In this document: one piece after another, positions 1-10,246 of the stretch
How positions within the stretch are numbered: the stretch's first letter is position 1
How the letters are laid out: the number at the start of each line of letters is the position of its first letter
Assembly (NCBI RefSeq): GCF_028368995.1
Contig: NZ_JAQNDL010000003.1
Coordinates: 1,568,001-1,632,000, forward strand
Direction: 5' to 3'
Length of the DNA: 64,000 nucleotides
DNA from: Nannocystis bainbridge
GTDB taxonomy: Bacteria > Myxococcota_A > Polyangia > Nannocystales > Nannocystaceae
Translations under genes and position numbers: made by a program
Notes under the pieces: model-generated
The model's input: only the letters and a program-made list of their open reading frames with translations
Told to the model about the DNA's origin: nothing
Database searches by the model: none

Positions 1-1
1 A

Positions 2-346
2 TTTCGACTCGGGCAGGCCATGGCCGCCGCACCAGTCGGCCGGCGCGGCCACGGGCGGGCCCACGTCCGGGAGCTTCACGTCGGGCTTGCAGATCGGGCA
101 CAGCGACCCGGGGAAGCCGTGCTCGTGGCACCAGTCGCCCTTGGACTGATAGACCGCCGCGAGCGCGGGGTTGCACTTGGGACAGATCGGGCGAGTCATG
201 CCGTGTTCGCACCGGTCCACAGCCGGCGGCGAGACGGCCGAAGGCGCCGTCGCGCTCGCGGCCGACCGCGGAGCCTGGCCGCGCTCGCCGCAGGCCGCGA
301 CGAGCATCCCGACCACCGCGCTGACGAGCCCGAGCTTCCGCTTCAC
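2..346 (-). CDS. Partial (runs off window start) lipoprotein with Cys/His metal-binding repeats; probable N-terminus of a heavy-metal RND efflux adaptor
   Basis: Not in the ORF track. My translation from GTG at 346, overlapping the upstream TGA: MKRKLGLVSAVVGMLVAAC (lipobox) ... CEHGMTRPICPKCNP ... DWCHEHGFPGSLCPICKP ... DWCGGHGLPESK. The adaptor call is inferred from context. Confidence 0.7.
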   Translation of the reverse strand, partial: MKRKLGLVSAVVGMLVAACGERGQAPRSAASATAPSAVSPPAVDRCEHGMTRPICPKCNPALAAVYQSKGDWCHEHGFPGSLCPICKPDVKLPDVGPPVAAPADWCGGHGLPESK

Positions 347-696
347 GGCTTCGCCTCGCCGGCGGGCGGCGGTCGGACGATCTTCAGCTCGGGGTTGCAG
401 AGCCGGCACTGCGACTCGGGGAGGTCGTGCTCGACGCACCAGTCGTTGCTGGCCTTGAACGCGGCGATCAGGGCGGGATTGCAGCGAGTGCACAACGACT
501 CGGGGACCTCGTGCTCGCCGCACCAGTCCTCGTGAGAACCAGGCTTCACGCCGGCAGCCGCGTGCTCGGGGCCTGACGCCGGAGCCGGGGCGGCAGGTCG
601 GGCCTTCTGCTCCGCGTCCTGCTTCGGCGAATCACAACCAGACGCGAACAGGACGATGAGGGACAGGAAGACGGAGCGAGCCAATGTGTGGACCAT
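343..696 (-). CDS. Small lipoprotein with two DWCxEHxxPESxCxxCNP metal-binding repeats
   Basis: Lipobox FASGC; motifs DWCGEHEVPESLCTRCNP and DWCVEHDLPESQCRLCNP. Confidence 0.8.
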   Translation of the reverse strand: MVHTLARSVFLSLIVLFASGCDSPKQDAEQKARPAAPAPASGPEHAAAGVKPGSHEDWCGEHEVPESLCTRCNPALIAAFKASNDWCVEHDLPESQCRLCNPELKIVRPPPAGEAKP

Positions 697-820
697 GAAC
701 GAACCCTCAGGGGCGCTGTGTGCGAGTTGCTGGGAGGTGGATGCGGCCGATCGCCTGCGAGCGACGACGCCACGACGAGGGACTCCAAGGGACGAGGCGC
801 GGCATGGGGTACGTGGGTGG

Positions 821-1438
821 TCAGCCGCTCGCGCGCGACTGTCGCTGCTCGCGGCGCGCCTGGGCGAGGACCTGGACGGCGCTGACGAGCGCGAGCCCGG
901 AGATCAGGACGGCGACCAGCAGGTCGGGCCAGCGCGAGCCGAAGGCGAGCACGCCACCGGCCGCCAGCAACACCGCGAGGTTGCCGAGCGCATCGTTGCG
1001 CGTGCACAGCCACACCGAGCGCATGTTGCTGTCGCCGTCGCGATAACGGTACAAAAGCACCGCGACGGCGAGGTTGGCGATCAGCGCGACGACGCCGGTC
1101 GCGCCCATCACCTCGGCGTGCGGCAGCTCGCCGCCGGCGAGGCTGAGCACCGCGCGCCCGAGCACCCACAGGCCGAACAGGCCCATCGTCACGCCCTTCA
1201 CGGTGGCGACGCGGGCTCGCACGCCCAGCGCCCGCGAGGCGGCCCACAGGCTCAGGGCGTAGTTGCCGGCGTCGCCGAGGAAATCGAGCGCGTCCGCCTG
1301 CAGCGACAGCGAGCCCGCGAACAGCCCCGCGACCACCTCGACCACGAACATGCCACCGTTGACGGCCAGCGCGATCCACAGCGCCCGGCTGTAGCCAGGC
1401 GCGACCTGAATCGGCGTTCCGCAGCACTTTGCGCTCAT
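821..1438 (-). CDS. Cation diffusion facilitator (Co/Zn/Cd efflux) transporter, short form
   Basis: Hydrophobic helices, SLSLQADALDFLGD and NMRSVWLCTRNDALGN motifs, N-terminal CC, GGAGG RBS. Confidence 0.9.
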   Translation of the reverse strand: MSAKCCGTPIQVAPGYSRALWIALAVNGGMFVVEVVAGLFAGSLSLQADALDFLGDAGNYALSLWAASRALGVRARVATVKGVTMGLFGLWVLGRAVLSLAGGELPHAEVMGATGVVALIANLAVAVLLYRYRDGDSNMRSVWLCTRNDALGNLAVLLAAGGVLAFGSRWPDLLVAVLISGLALVSAVQVLAQARREQRQSRASG

Positions 1439-1461
1439 ACCGGTCCTCCGGGGTGACGGTC

Positions 1462-1492
1462 AACGTAGACCCTGTAGCGACTACAGGGTCAA
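1462..1492 (-). promoter_or_regulatory. MerR-family (CadR/PbrR/ZntR-type) metal-responsive promoter/operator
   Basis: Minus strand TTGACC-N19-TACGTT; perfect dyad GACCCTGTAG-cga-CTACAGGGTC at 1468-1490 directly upstream of the CDF gene. Confidence 0.85.
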
Positions 1493-1756
1493 GCGAGGCC
1501 CGTCGGCGGACACGTGCGAGTCCCCGCACGTGTGGGTCTCGGGGAGCGCGAAGGTGCCGTCAGAGCGCCCCCAGCACGGTTCAGCCCCGGCGCCTCGAGC
1601 GCCCACACGAGGCCGCGCGCCGACGTGATCGGCCTCATCGCTCGCCGTGGTCCTCGCGCACTCCGGCTGCTCCGACCCGAACCATCGCGGCCGCCCGCGA
1701 GGCGTGACTCTCACTCGTGGCGCTCGCGCTGCGAGGCCTCGCAGACGCGACGCTCG

Positions 1757-2230
1757 CTACAGCCGCTCGATCTCGTGGGCGCGGGCGTCGACCTCGAGCG
1801 GCGCATCGCGGTACCCGACGGTGGCGATCTGCTGCAAGTAGCTCCCGAGGAACGCCGCGATCGAGCCCGCCTGCTCATATTGATGGACGTGCCGGCATTC
1901 GTGCGACAGCAGCCGGGTGGAGACGGGGCGCTTGCGGACATAGATGCCATGGCCCAGGGTCAGGCCGATCGTCTCGGGACCCAGCATGCCGAGGCTCACT
2001 GCTGCCTGGCGGAGCTCGGGATCCTCCGGGAGCGGGATGCGGGCGACCACGGCGATCCGCACCCGCTCCGGCTCTCGGACCCCGACCGAGCGGGCGACCG
2101 CTTGCATCTTCGCGTCGAGCGCCAGCCCGTTGCGCAAGATCTCCGCCTCGCGGGCCTCGGCCCAGCGCACTACCGCGGGCCCGAGCGAGGCGAGGCGAGA
2201 CAGCAGATCGCTGCGCATGCCTGCGAGCAT
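1757..2230 (-). CDS. DUF4157-like HExxH metallopeptidase-fold protein
   Basis: GLTLGHGIYV ... LLSHECRHVHQYE ... APLEVDAR. Confidence 0.7.
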   Translation of the reverse strand: MLAGMRSDLLSRLASLGPAVVRWAEAREAEILRNGLALDAKMQAVARSVGVREPERVRIAVVARIPLPEDPELRQAAVSLGMLGPETIGLTLGHGIYVRKRPVSTRLLSHECRHVHQYEQAGSIAAFLGSYLQQIATVGYRDAPLEVDARAHEIERL

Positions 2231-2405
2231 ACGACGCCATCCAGGCGAGCACCAGCCGCTCCCTCCGCGAGAGCGACGCCATCGCCGGCGATTCTTCCTG
2301 CTCGCCGCGCCCGACCAGCTCGCGCCTGCGGCAGCCCGACCTCGCGGACAGATCGTGCAAACCCCGACCGCCTCGCCTCGGTGGTCGTCGCCGCGAACTC
2401 GACGA

Positions 2406-3665
2406 TCACCTCTTGCGCTTCGCGGCCCCGAGTCGCTTCGCCTTCAGCCCTCGCTGCTTGAACCATCCGCCGGCCTCGAGCGCGCTCACGGCCGCGGGCG
2501 GCGCGATCAGCAGCGTCACCGTCTGATCGCCGGTGCCGAGCACATACAGCGGCGCGACCCCGGCGACGAGGGCGACCGCGCGGAACAGCAGCGCGACGTC
2601 GACCCAATCGTCGACCTCCGCGAGCGGCGACTCGAGCGTGTGCTGCTCCCCTGCCGTGAATACCAGCCGCCAGCCGCGGCCCTCGACGAAACAATCCTCG
2701 TCGATCGAGATCGTCCGCCCCAACCTGCCTGCGATCGCCGTCAGCAGGGCACCGTGCTCGCGGTGCGGCGCGAACCCGGTCTCGGCGTCGAACTGCAGCA
2801 GCCAGCCGCGACGCTCGAACGGAAACCATGCCGGCCGCCCGTCCAGCGCCGCCTCGTCGATCGCCGTCGGGGTCGCGAACCCGGCCTCCACCAGCGTCGC
2901 CTCGAGCGCTGCCGCGGTCGGGTCGCGCTCGCGCAGCTCGATCCGCTCCTGGCGGCGCCGCGCCTGCTCGGCCGCCGCGACCTCGGGCAAACCATTGCGC
3001 GCCCTCGCCAGCGCCTCCGAGGCCCCGTCGATCTGCGCCAGCTCGTCGACGATCGCACGCACCCACGCGACCGTCTGCGGCTCTCCGGGCCGCATGTCGC
3101 TGACCAGCGTGGCCAGGTCTGCTGCCAGCGCCGCGTAGACGACCCGCCGCCCCCGATCGGCCCCGGCGAACGCTCGCACGCGGGCGAGCTCTTCGCCCAG
3201 CGCATCGAACTCTCGATACGCCGTGATCGCCATCGACTCGCCGTAATTGCGAATCACCGCGCCCGCGAACTCCGGCCCGAACCGCTCGGCGAGCCGCTCC
3301 GAGCGCGCCAGCAATTCCATCCGACCCGCGCGCGACAGCTTGGCCAGCACCATGCGCACCGCCATCGTCCACGCCACCCCGATCCGCGGCTCCGGGTGAC
3401 GCACCGCGACCTCCTCGAGGTCGTTCACGACGCTCTCCAGATCGGCGAACTGCGCCTCCGCGGCGAGCGCCACCAGCAAATGCTTGCCGGCGCGCAGCGC
3501 CTCGAACGCGAGGTTCGGCGCCGACCGGCCGCCGAGCTCGCCGCGGATCTCCGCATAGTTGCGCAGCGCCGCCGCGATGCGCGAGGAGGAGAGACTGGCT
3601 TCGCCGAGCGCGAGCATCGGCGCGACTCTACGCGAGGTCGCGGGCAGGTCGTGGGGGGCGAGCAT
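2406..3665 (-). CDS. Hypothetical protein (start uncertain)
   Basis: 419-aa ORF with normal amino-acid composition and GC-ending codons; no motif recognised. Confidence 0.6.
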   Translation of the reverse strand: MLAPHDLPATSRRVAPMLALGEASLSSSRIAAALRNYAEIRGELGGRSAPNLAFEALRAGKHLLVALAAEAQFADLESVVNDLEEVAVRHPEPRIGVAWTMAVRMVLAKLSRAGRMELLARSERLAERFGPEFAGAVIRNYGESMAITAYREFDALGEELARVRAFAGADRGRRVVYAALAADLATLVSDMRPGEPQTVAWVRAIVDELAQIDGASEALARARNGLPEVAAAEQARRRQERIELRERDPTAAALEATLVEAGFATPTAIDEAALDGRPAWFPFERRGWLLQFDAETGFAPHREHGALLTAIAGRLGRTISIDEDCFVEGRGWRLVFTAGEQHTLESPLAEVDDWVDVALLFRAVALVAGVAPLYVLGTGDQTVTLLIAPPAAVSALEAGGWFKQRGLKAKRLGAAKRKR

Positions 3666-3850
3666 GAGGACGTCGTACCTCCGAAGTTGCCGGCGTGGCC
3701 CCGGACCTTCACCTCGCCCGCAGACGCCTGCGCACCCGGGCGCCGCCTCGCGACCCCGACGGACCGGCCGCCTCGGCGCGTGAGCCTGCCGCTACCGCGC
3801 TCGGCTTCGCCATCTCCCGGGTCTGGCCCGCCCGCGATATCCTGGCCGCC

Positions 3851-5284
3851 ATGTCTCGCGCGCGCTCGCTCGTGGTCTCGCTCGTCGCCCTCACCGCCTG
3901 CAACGAATCGGCGAGCCCGCCGACGACCGGCACCGACAGCACCACGGCCGCGACCGACCCTGGCACCGCGGCCACCGACGCCAGCACCGACGGCCCCGCG
4001 ACCGCGACCTCGACCGGCGATGAGCCGACCACCACCTCGCCGACCGGCACCACCGGCGAGCCCGCGGGCCCGACCTACTACCGCGACATCAAGGCGATCC
4101 TCGACGCCAAGTGTGCCACTTGCCATCGCCCCGGCGACATCGCCCCGTTCTCGCTGACGAACTACGACGAGGCCGGCATGTTCGCCAAGATCCTCGGCCC
4201 CGCGATCGAGGACCGCACCATGCCCCCGTGGCCGCCCGGCGCCGACTGCAATCAGTTCGCCCACGACCGCGGCCTCTCGGACGGAGAGCGCGAGCTGGTG
4301 CTCGCGTGGATCGCCGCCGACGCGCCCGCGGGCGACCCGGACGACGCCCCGCCGCCGGTCGACGACGACGCGCCGCCGATCGCCTACGACGTGCAGATCG
4401 GGATCTCCGAGCCGTTCACGCCGGCGGAGGGGCTGGCCGACGATTATCGCTGCTTCCTGCTCGACTGGCCCAAAGACCAGGAGACCTACGCGACGGCCTT
4501 CACGATCGAGCCGGGGGCGCGGGAGATCGTGCATCACGTGATCGCCTTCATCATCCCGCCGGACGAGCTCGCGGAGTTCGAGGCGCTCGACGCCGCCGAC
4601 CCCGGGCCCGGTTATCCGTGCTACGGCGGCCCCGGCGGCGAGGCCAGCCCGCGCGCGCAGTGGCTCGGCGCGTGGGTCCCGGGCGCCAGCTCGGGCGCGC
4701 TGCCCGAGGGCACCGGCATCCGCGTCAAGCCCGGCTCGAAGATCGCCATGCAGATGCACTACCACCCGAACGGGGTCCCGACCGCCGACCAGTCGACGAT
4801 CATGGTCCGCACCGCCGACACCGTCGCGCGCCCCGCCCTGCTGCTGCCGGTCGCCCACCCCGGCTGGATGGTCGACGCCCCGCCCATGACGATCCCCGCC
4901 GGCGAGGCCGACGTCATGCACTCGTTCACCATCGACCTCGGCTCCATCATTCAGTACCTCTACAAGGACGAGGCGATCGGCGTCGGCAAGCCGATGCTGG
5001 CCCACATGGCCGGCGTGCACATGCACACCCGCGGCGCCCGGGCCAGCCTGGCCGTCGAGAGCGGCGGCGCCCCCGAGGCCTGCCTCGTCGACGTACCCCG
5101 CTGGGACTTCAACTGGCAGGGCATCTACGAGTTCGCCGCGCCGATCACCGTCGAGCCGTCCGACGTCGTCCGCCTCGAGTGCCACTTCGATAATTCCGCG
5201 GGCGACTCCGCGATCAAGTGGGGCGAGGGCACCGGCGACGAGATGTGCCTCGGCATGATCTACGTCAGCACCGACGCCCCGTGA
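3851..5284 (+). CDS. Lipoprotein, copper type II (ascorbate-dependent) monooxygenase-like, with an N-terminal c-type haem motif
   Basis: ATG at 3851, lipobox LTAC, Thr-rich linker, KCATCH, IVHHVI, MQMHYH, GVHMH, WDFNWQ, DEMC. Confidence 0.8.
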   Translation: MSRARSLVVSLVALTACNESASPPTTGTDSTTAATDPGTAATDASTDGPATATSTGDEPTTTSPTGTTGEPAGPTYYRDIKAILDAKCATCHRPGDIAPFSLTNYDEAGMFAKILGPAIEDRTMPPWPPGADCNQFAHDRGLSDGERELVLAWIAADAPAGDPDDAPPPVDDDAPPIAYDVQIGISEPFTPAEGLADDYRCFLLDWPKDQETYATAFTIEPGAREIVHHVIAFIIPPDELAEFEALDAADPGPGYPCYGGPGGEASPRAQWLGAWVPGASSGALPEGTGIRVKPGSKIAMQMHYHPNGVPTADQSTIMVRTADTVARPALLLPVAHPGWMVDAPPMTIPAGEADVMHSFTIDLGSIIQYLYKDEAIGVGKPMLAHMAGVHMHTRGARASLAVESGGAPEACLVDVPRWDFNWQGIYEFAAPITVEPSDVVRLECHFDNSAGDSAIKWGEGTGDEMCLGMIYVSTDAP

Positions 5285-5323
5285 CATGTCCCTTTCGACA
5301 TGCTCCTCGGGGCATGTCGTGAG
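5282..5323. repeat. 14-bp-period CATG array, 3 units
   Basis: TGACATGTCCCTTT / CGACATGCTCCTCG / GGGCATGTCGTGAG; CATG at 5285, 5299, 5313; the first unit overlaps the stop codon. Confidence 0.65.
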
Positions 5324-5408
5324 GGCCAGCCGACCGCCGCGCCCGCGCGCGGACGCACGAGCCCGGCGGCTGCGGCGGCGGGCGCGAGCGGTTATACTCG
5401 CCGGCGGC

Positions 5409-6017
5409 ATGGCGAGCGAAGACACCAAGTCGGCCCGGACGCGCGAGCGGATCCTCGACGCGGCCGCGCGCGTGCTCAGCCGCAAGGGCTACGCCGGCAC
5501 CCGCCTGGCCGACGTGGCCGAGGCCGCCGAGGTCCAGGCGCCGGCGATCTACTACTACTTCGAGTCGCGCGACGCGCTGATCGAGGAGGTCATGTGGGTC
5601 GGGGCCCACCGCGTGCGCATGCACGTCGAGGAGGTGCTGGCCGCCCTGCCCGCCGACACCAGCCCGTTCGACAAGCTGCTCGAGGCGGTCGCCGCCCACC
5701 TCCGCTACGAGCTCCACATCTCCGATTACACCACCGCGTCGATCCGCAACGCCAACCAGGTCCCCGAGCAGCTGCGCGTGCGCCCGGCCGCCGAGGAGGC
5801 CACCTACAGCCGCCTGTGGCGCGACCTGTTCGCCCAGGCCCAGGCCGCCGGCCAGCTGCGCCCGGGCCTCGACATCAACGTCTCGCGCCTGCTCCTGCTC
5901 GGCTCGATGAATTGGGCCGCCGAGTGGTGGAACCCGCGCATGCGCTCGCTCGCCGACCTCGTCAAGGCGACGCAAGAATTCGTCCGCTTCGGCATGGGCA
6001 ACCCGGCGCAGTTCTGA
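5409..6017 (+). CDS. TetR/AcrR family transcriptional regulator
   Basis: ATG 5409; TRERILDAAARVLSRKGYAGTRLADVAEAAEVQAPAIYYYF helix-turn-helix. Confidence 0.92.
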   Translation: MASEDTKSARTRERILDAAARVLSRKGYAGTRLADVAEAAEVQAPAIYYYFESRDALIEEVMWVGAHRVRMHVEEVLAALPADTSPFDKLLEAVAAHLRYELHISDYTTASIRNANQVPEQLRVRPAAEEATYSRLWRDLFAQAQAAGQLRPGLDINVSRLLLLGSMNWAAEWWNPRMRSLADLVKATQEFVRFGMGNPAQF

Positions 6018-6196
6018 CGGGTCACCCCGTCGAGGCCCGGCCCGCTCGCGCGACACACACCGCGACGACAGCGGGAGCGATGCTGCTCCGAACATCGAGC
6101 CATCATGCTCCAGGCACCACGGTCCGGACGGCATCTCCTCGCCGCACGCTCGGCCATGGTCGTCGCTGACGGCCGCGGCGATGGTAGAGTGCACGC

Positions 6197-6667
6197 ATGC
6201 GCCTCGCCTGCGTGCTCGTCACCGTGCTGGCCGCTTGCCAGGGCATCGAGCCTCCACCGGCCGAGTGCCCGCGCGACAGCCTGCTCGACGACCGCCTTCC
6301 GCTCTACCCCGACATGGAGGTGCGGTCGACCGGCGCGACGACCCGCGGCCGGCAGGACCACAACGGCTACGCCGCGACCGTGGCCGCGCCGTTCGCCCGC
6401 GTGCGCGAGTTCTACGCCCGCTGCCTGCGCGCCGAGCCGCTCGGCAACGACGACCACGCGCTGTTCCGCCGGACCGTCGTCGGCGCGTGGAGCGACCCGG
6501 GCGTCGACATCAAGGGGCCCGTCTTTCGTCCCGAAGACATGACCGACGTCATCCGCCTCCACCGCGCCGACGACGGAACCACTCGCATGACCCTGTCGGT
6601 GTCGTTGCCGTGGGGCCGCGGCGACCCGCGCAACGACGCCTACCGCCGCTCGTGGCCCGACTATTGA
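6197..6667 (+). CDS. Hypothetical lipoprotein
   Basis: MRLACVLVTVLAAC lipobox; plausible codon usage. Confidence 0.65.
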   Translation: MRLACVLVTVLAACQGIEPPPAECPRDSLLDDRLPLYPDMEVRSTGATTRGRQDHNGYAATVAAPFARVREFYARCLRAEPLGNDDHALFRRTVVGAWSDPGVDIKGPVFRPEDMTDVIRLHRADDGTTRMTLSVSLPWGRGDPRNDAYRRSWPDY

Positions 6668-6676
6668 GGCGGCGAA

Positions 6677-6705
6677 CCGACCGGGAGCGCTCCGCTCCCG
6701 GTCGG
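6677..6705. terminator. GC-rich hairpin between convergent genes (possible terminator)
   Basis: CCGACCGGGAGCG-ctc-CGCTCCCGGTCGG, a perfect 13-bp stem; no U-tract. Confidence 0.55.
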
Positions 6706-6713
6706 GCCGCGAA

Positions 6714-8900
6714 TCACTCGTAGCGTTCGCCGCGCTCGGCCTTCGCCACCAGCGACGCCGGCGGCTCGAAGTGCGGCCCGTACGCCGCAGCCAGCGCGCG
6801 CGCCCGCTGCACGAACCCGCGCAGCCCGCCCTCGTATTGATTGATGTACTGCAACACCCCGCCGGTCCACGCCGGGAAGCCGATGCCGTAGATCGAGCCG
6901 ATGTTGGCGTCGGCCGCCGAGGTCAGCACATTGTCGTCGACGCAGCGCACCGTGTCGATCGCCTCGGCGAACAGCATCCGCTCCTGCAAGTCGATGAACG
7001 GCAGCTCCTTGCTGCCCGAGGCGAACGCCTCGCGCACCCCCGGCCAGATGCCGACGCGCTTGCCCGCCGCGTCGTACTCGTAGAACCCGCCGCCGGTCGA
7101 GCGGCCCTTGCGACCGAGCTCGTCGATCATGCGGTCGACCACCGCCTCGGCCCCGTGCGCGACCCACGTCTTGCCCTGCGCCTCCTCGGCCTTGCGCGTC
7201 TCCTGGCGGATCTTCTGCGTCAGCGTGATCGTCAGCTCGTCGAGCAGCTGCAGCGCCCCCGCCGGATAGCCGGCTTGCAGCGCCGCCTGCTCGATCGTCG
7301 CCGGCTCCACGCCCTCGCCGACGGCCGCCACCGCCTCGTTGATGAACTTGCCGATCACCCGCGACGTGAAGAACCCGCGCGCGTCGTTGACCACGATCGG
7401 CGTCTTGCGGATCTGCAGCACGAAGTCGAACACCTTGGCCAGCACCGCGTCCGACGTGTTCTTGCCGCGCACGATCTCGACCAGCTGCATCTTGTCGACC
7501 GGCGAGAAGAAGTGGATCCCGATGAAATCGGCCGGCCGCTGCACCCCCTCGGCCAGCAGCGCGATCGGCAGCGTCGAAGTGTTCGAGCCCAGCACCGCGG
7601 TCGGCTCCACGTACGGCTCGATCTCTTTGAAGACTTTGTGCTTGAGCTCGACGCTCTCGAACACCGCCTCGATCACGAAATCGACCCCCGTGAAGTCCTG
7701 CGGGTCCTCGGTCGCGTGGATGCGGGCCAGCAGCGCGTCGGCCTTGTCCTGGGTGGTCTTGCCGCGCTCGACCGCCTTCTGCTCGAGCTTGACCGCGTAG
7801 CTCTTGCCCTTCTGGGCCCCTGCCAGCGTCACGTCCTTGAGCACCACCTCGATCCCCGCCTTGGCCGCGACGTAGGCGATCGCCGCGCCCATCATGCCGG
7901 CGCCGATCACCCCGACCTTCTTGGCCTGGAACTTGGGGAACCCCGCCGGTCGGCTGGCGCCAGCGTTGATCTTCTGCAGGTCGAAGAAGAACGCCCCGAT
8001 CATGTTCTTCGCCACCTGGCCGGTCGTGAGGCTGACCAGATAGCGGGTCTCGATCAGCGACGCCGTGTCGAAATCGACCAGCGAGCCCTCGACCGCCGCC
8101 GCGAGGGCGGCCCGCGGCGCCGGCATCGGCGCGCCCTTGACCTGCTTGCGCAGGTTGGCCGCCATCGCCGGCAGGATGCTCGCCAGCGCCGGGCTGGCCG
8201 CGCTGCCGCCGGGGATCTCGAAGCCCTTCCTGTCCCACGGCTTTGCAGCCTCCGGGTTCGCGGCGATCCACGCCTTGGCTTGCGGGATCAGCCGATCGAC
8301 CGACGGCACCACCGCGTCGACCAGCCCGAGCTCGAGCGCCTCGCGCGGCTTGAACTTGGTGCCCGGCAGGATCACCTGCGTCAGCGCCTTTTGCAGCCCG
8401 AGCATGCGGACGATGCGGGTGATGCCGCCGCCGCCGGGCAATAGGCCCAGCGTGACCTCGGGCTGGCCGATCTGGCAGCCCGGCACGTCGGCGGCGATCC
8501 GGTGATGCGCGGCCAGGGCGACCTCGAGGCCGCCGCCGAGCGCGGTGCCGTTGATGGCGGCGACCACCGGCCGGCCGAGCTTCTCGAGCCGGCGCAGGTG
8601 ATCCTTGACGCGCTCGATGTGGGCCGTCTGTTCGGCCGCGCGCGAACCATCGTAGTTGCGCAGGCGGTTGAGGTCGCCGCCGGCGAAGAAGCTCTTCTTG
8701 GCGCTGGTCACGATCACCCCGGTGATCGTCGCTCGCTCCGCCTCGAGCCGCTCGACGCTGGCCGCCATCGACTCGGTGTAGGCGTCGTTCATCGTGTTGA
8801 CGCTCGCGCCCGGGTCGTCGATCGTCAGGATCACGATCCCGTCGTCGTCGCGCTTCCAGTGGATCGCAGGGGCCTTGTGGGTGTTCGAATCGCTCGTCAT
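6714..8900 (-). CDS. fadB: Fatty acid oxidation complex alpha subunit (enoyl-CoA hydratase / 3-hydroxyacyl-CoA dehydrogenase)
   Basis: FFAGGDL, GTALGGGLE, PEVTLGLLPGGGG, GVIGAGMMG, GSNTSTLPI, GIHFFSPV. Confidence 0.93.
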   Translation of the reverse strand: MTSDSNTHKAPAIHWKRDDDGIVILTIDDPGASVNTMNDAYTESMAASVERLEAERATITGVIVTSAKKSFFAGGDLNRLRNYDGSRAAEQTAHIERVKDHLRRLEKLGRPVVAAINGTALGGGLEVALAAHHRIAADVPGCQIGQPEVTLGLLPGGGGITRIVRMLGLQKALTQVILPGTKFKPREALELGLVDAVVPSVDRLIPQAKAWIAANPEAAKPWDRKGFEIPGGSAASPALASILPAMAANLRKQVKGAPMPAPRAALAAAVEGSLVDFDTASLIETRYLVSLTTGQVAKNMIGAFFFDLQKINAGASRPAGFPKFQAKKVGVIGAGMMGAAIAYVAAKAGIEVVLKDVTLAGAQKGKSYAVKLEQKAVERGKTTQDKADALLARIHATEDPQDFTGVDFVIEAVFESVELKHKVFKEIEPYVEPTAVLGSNTSTLPIALLAEGVQRPADFIGIHFFSPVDKMQLVEIVRGKNTSDAVLAKVFDFVLQIRKTPIVVNDARGFFTSRVIGKFINEAVAAVGEGVEPATIEQAALQAGYPAGALQLLDELTITLTQKIRQETRKAEEAQGKTWVAHGAEAVVDRMIDELGRKGRSTGGGFYEYDAAGKRVGIWPGVREAFASGSKELPFIDLQERMLFAEAIDTVRCVDDNVLTSAADANIGSIYGIGFPAWTGGVLQYINQYEGGLRGFVQRARALAAAYGPHFEPPASLVAKAERGERYE

Positions 8901-8922
8901 CTCGGTGCCCTCGGTGAAGCGC

Positions 8923-10134
8923 TCACACGCGCTCGATGATGGTGGCGATGCCCATGCCCGCGCCGACGCACAGCGTCGCCAGGCCGTAGCGCAGGTTGCG
9001 GCGCTCGAGCTCGTCGAGCAGCGTCCCGAGGATGATGCAGCCGGTCGCGCCGAGCGGGTGGCCCATGGCGATCGCCCCGCCGTTGACGTTGACCTTGTCG
9101 GCCGGGACCTCGAGGTCGCGCTGCCACTTGAGCACCACCGACGCGAACGCCTCGTTGAGCTCGAACAGGTCGATGTCGCCGATCGTCAGGCCCGCGCGCG
9201 CGAGCACCTTTTTGGTCGCCGGCGTCGGCCCCGTCAGCATGATCGTCGGCTCGCTGCCGGTCGCCGCCATCGCCACGATCCGCCCGCGCGGCTTCAGCCC
9301 GAGCTGCTTGCCGGCCTCCTCGCTGCCGAGCAGCATCAGCGCCGCGCCGTCGACGATGCCCGACGAGTTGGCCGCCGTGTGCACGTGGTGGATCTTCTCG
9401 ACCCGGTGGTACTTCTGCAGCGCCACCGCGTCGAAGCCCCCGAGCTCGCCCATCTTGACGAACGACGCCGGCAACGCGCCCAGCGACTGCACCGTCGACT
9501 CGGGCCGCCGGTGCTCGTCGTGGTCGAGCACGAGCACCCCGTTCATGTCCTTGACCGGCACCACCGAGCGCGCGAAGTGGCCGCTCTTCCACGCGTGCTC
9601 GGCCTTGCGCTGCGAGCCGACCGCGAACGCGTCGACGTCTTCGCGGCTGAAGCCCTCGAGCGTGGCGATGAGGTCGGCGCCGATGCCCTGCGGCACGAAG
9701 TAAGCGTCGTACGCGGTGGTCGGGTCCTGATGATAGGCCCCGCCGTCGGCCCCGATCGGCACGCGCGACATCGACTCGACGCCGCCCGCGAGCACGAGGT
9801 CGTCCGACCCCCCCGCGATCTTGGCCGCGGCCGTGTTGACGGCCTCGAGCCCCGAGGCGCAGAAGCGGTTGAGCTGCACGCCGGCGACCGTCTCCGGCAG
9901 CCCGGCGACCAGCGCCGCGGTGCGGGCGATGCACCCGCCCTGCTCGCCCACCGGCGACACCACCCCGAGGACGATGTCGTCGATGCGACCCAGCTGCAGC
10001 CCCGGGTTGCGCGGCACCAGCTCGTGGATCAGGCCGACGACGAGGTCGACCGGCTTGATGCTGTGCAGCGCTCCGCCCTTCAGCTTGCCCCGCGGGGTCC
10101 GCATCGCGTCGTAGATGAACGCGCTCTTGGCCAT
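8923..10134 (-). CDS. fadA: Acetyl-CoA C-acyltransferase (thiolase)
   Basis: [33 protein letters not shown]. Confidence 0.93.
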   Translation of the reverse strand: MAKSAFIYDAMRTPRGKLKGGALHSIKPVDLVVGLIHELVPRNPGLQLGRIDDIVLGVVSPVGEQGGCIARTAALVAGLPETVAGVQLNRFCASGLEAVNTAAAKIAGGSDDLVLAGGVESMSRVPIGADGGAYHQDPTTAYDAYFVPQGIGADLIATLEGFSREDVDAFAVGSQRKAEHAWKSGHFARSVVPVKDMNGVLVLDHDEHRRPESTVQSLGALPASFVKMGELGGFDAVALQKYHRVEKIHHVHTAANSSGIVDGAALMLLGSEEAGKQLGLKPRGRIVAMAATGSEPTIMLTGPTPATKKVLARAGLTIGDIDLFELNEAFASVVLKWQRDLEVPADKVNVNGGAIAMGHPLGATGCIILGTLLDELERRNLRYGLATLCVGAGMGIATIIERV

Positions 10135-10246
10135 GGCAGCAATCTAGACACGGCCCCAAATTTTTACAACGAATTAAAAAAGAACGCCCGCAGACTTGAC
10201 TCACGGCCGGTGTACGCGCCATCCTCGATGCGAAGGTAGGCGACCC

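Noticed and set aside
6076-6160. Possible fifth 14-bp-period array (CATG/CACG/CATC at 6104, 6118, 6132)
   Set aside because: Too degenerate and the phase is inconsistent; could be chance
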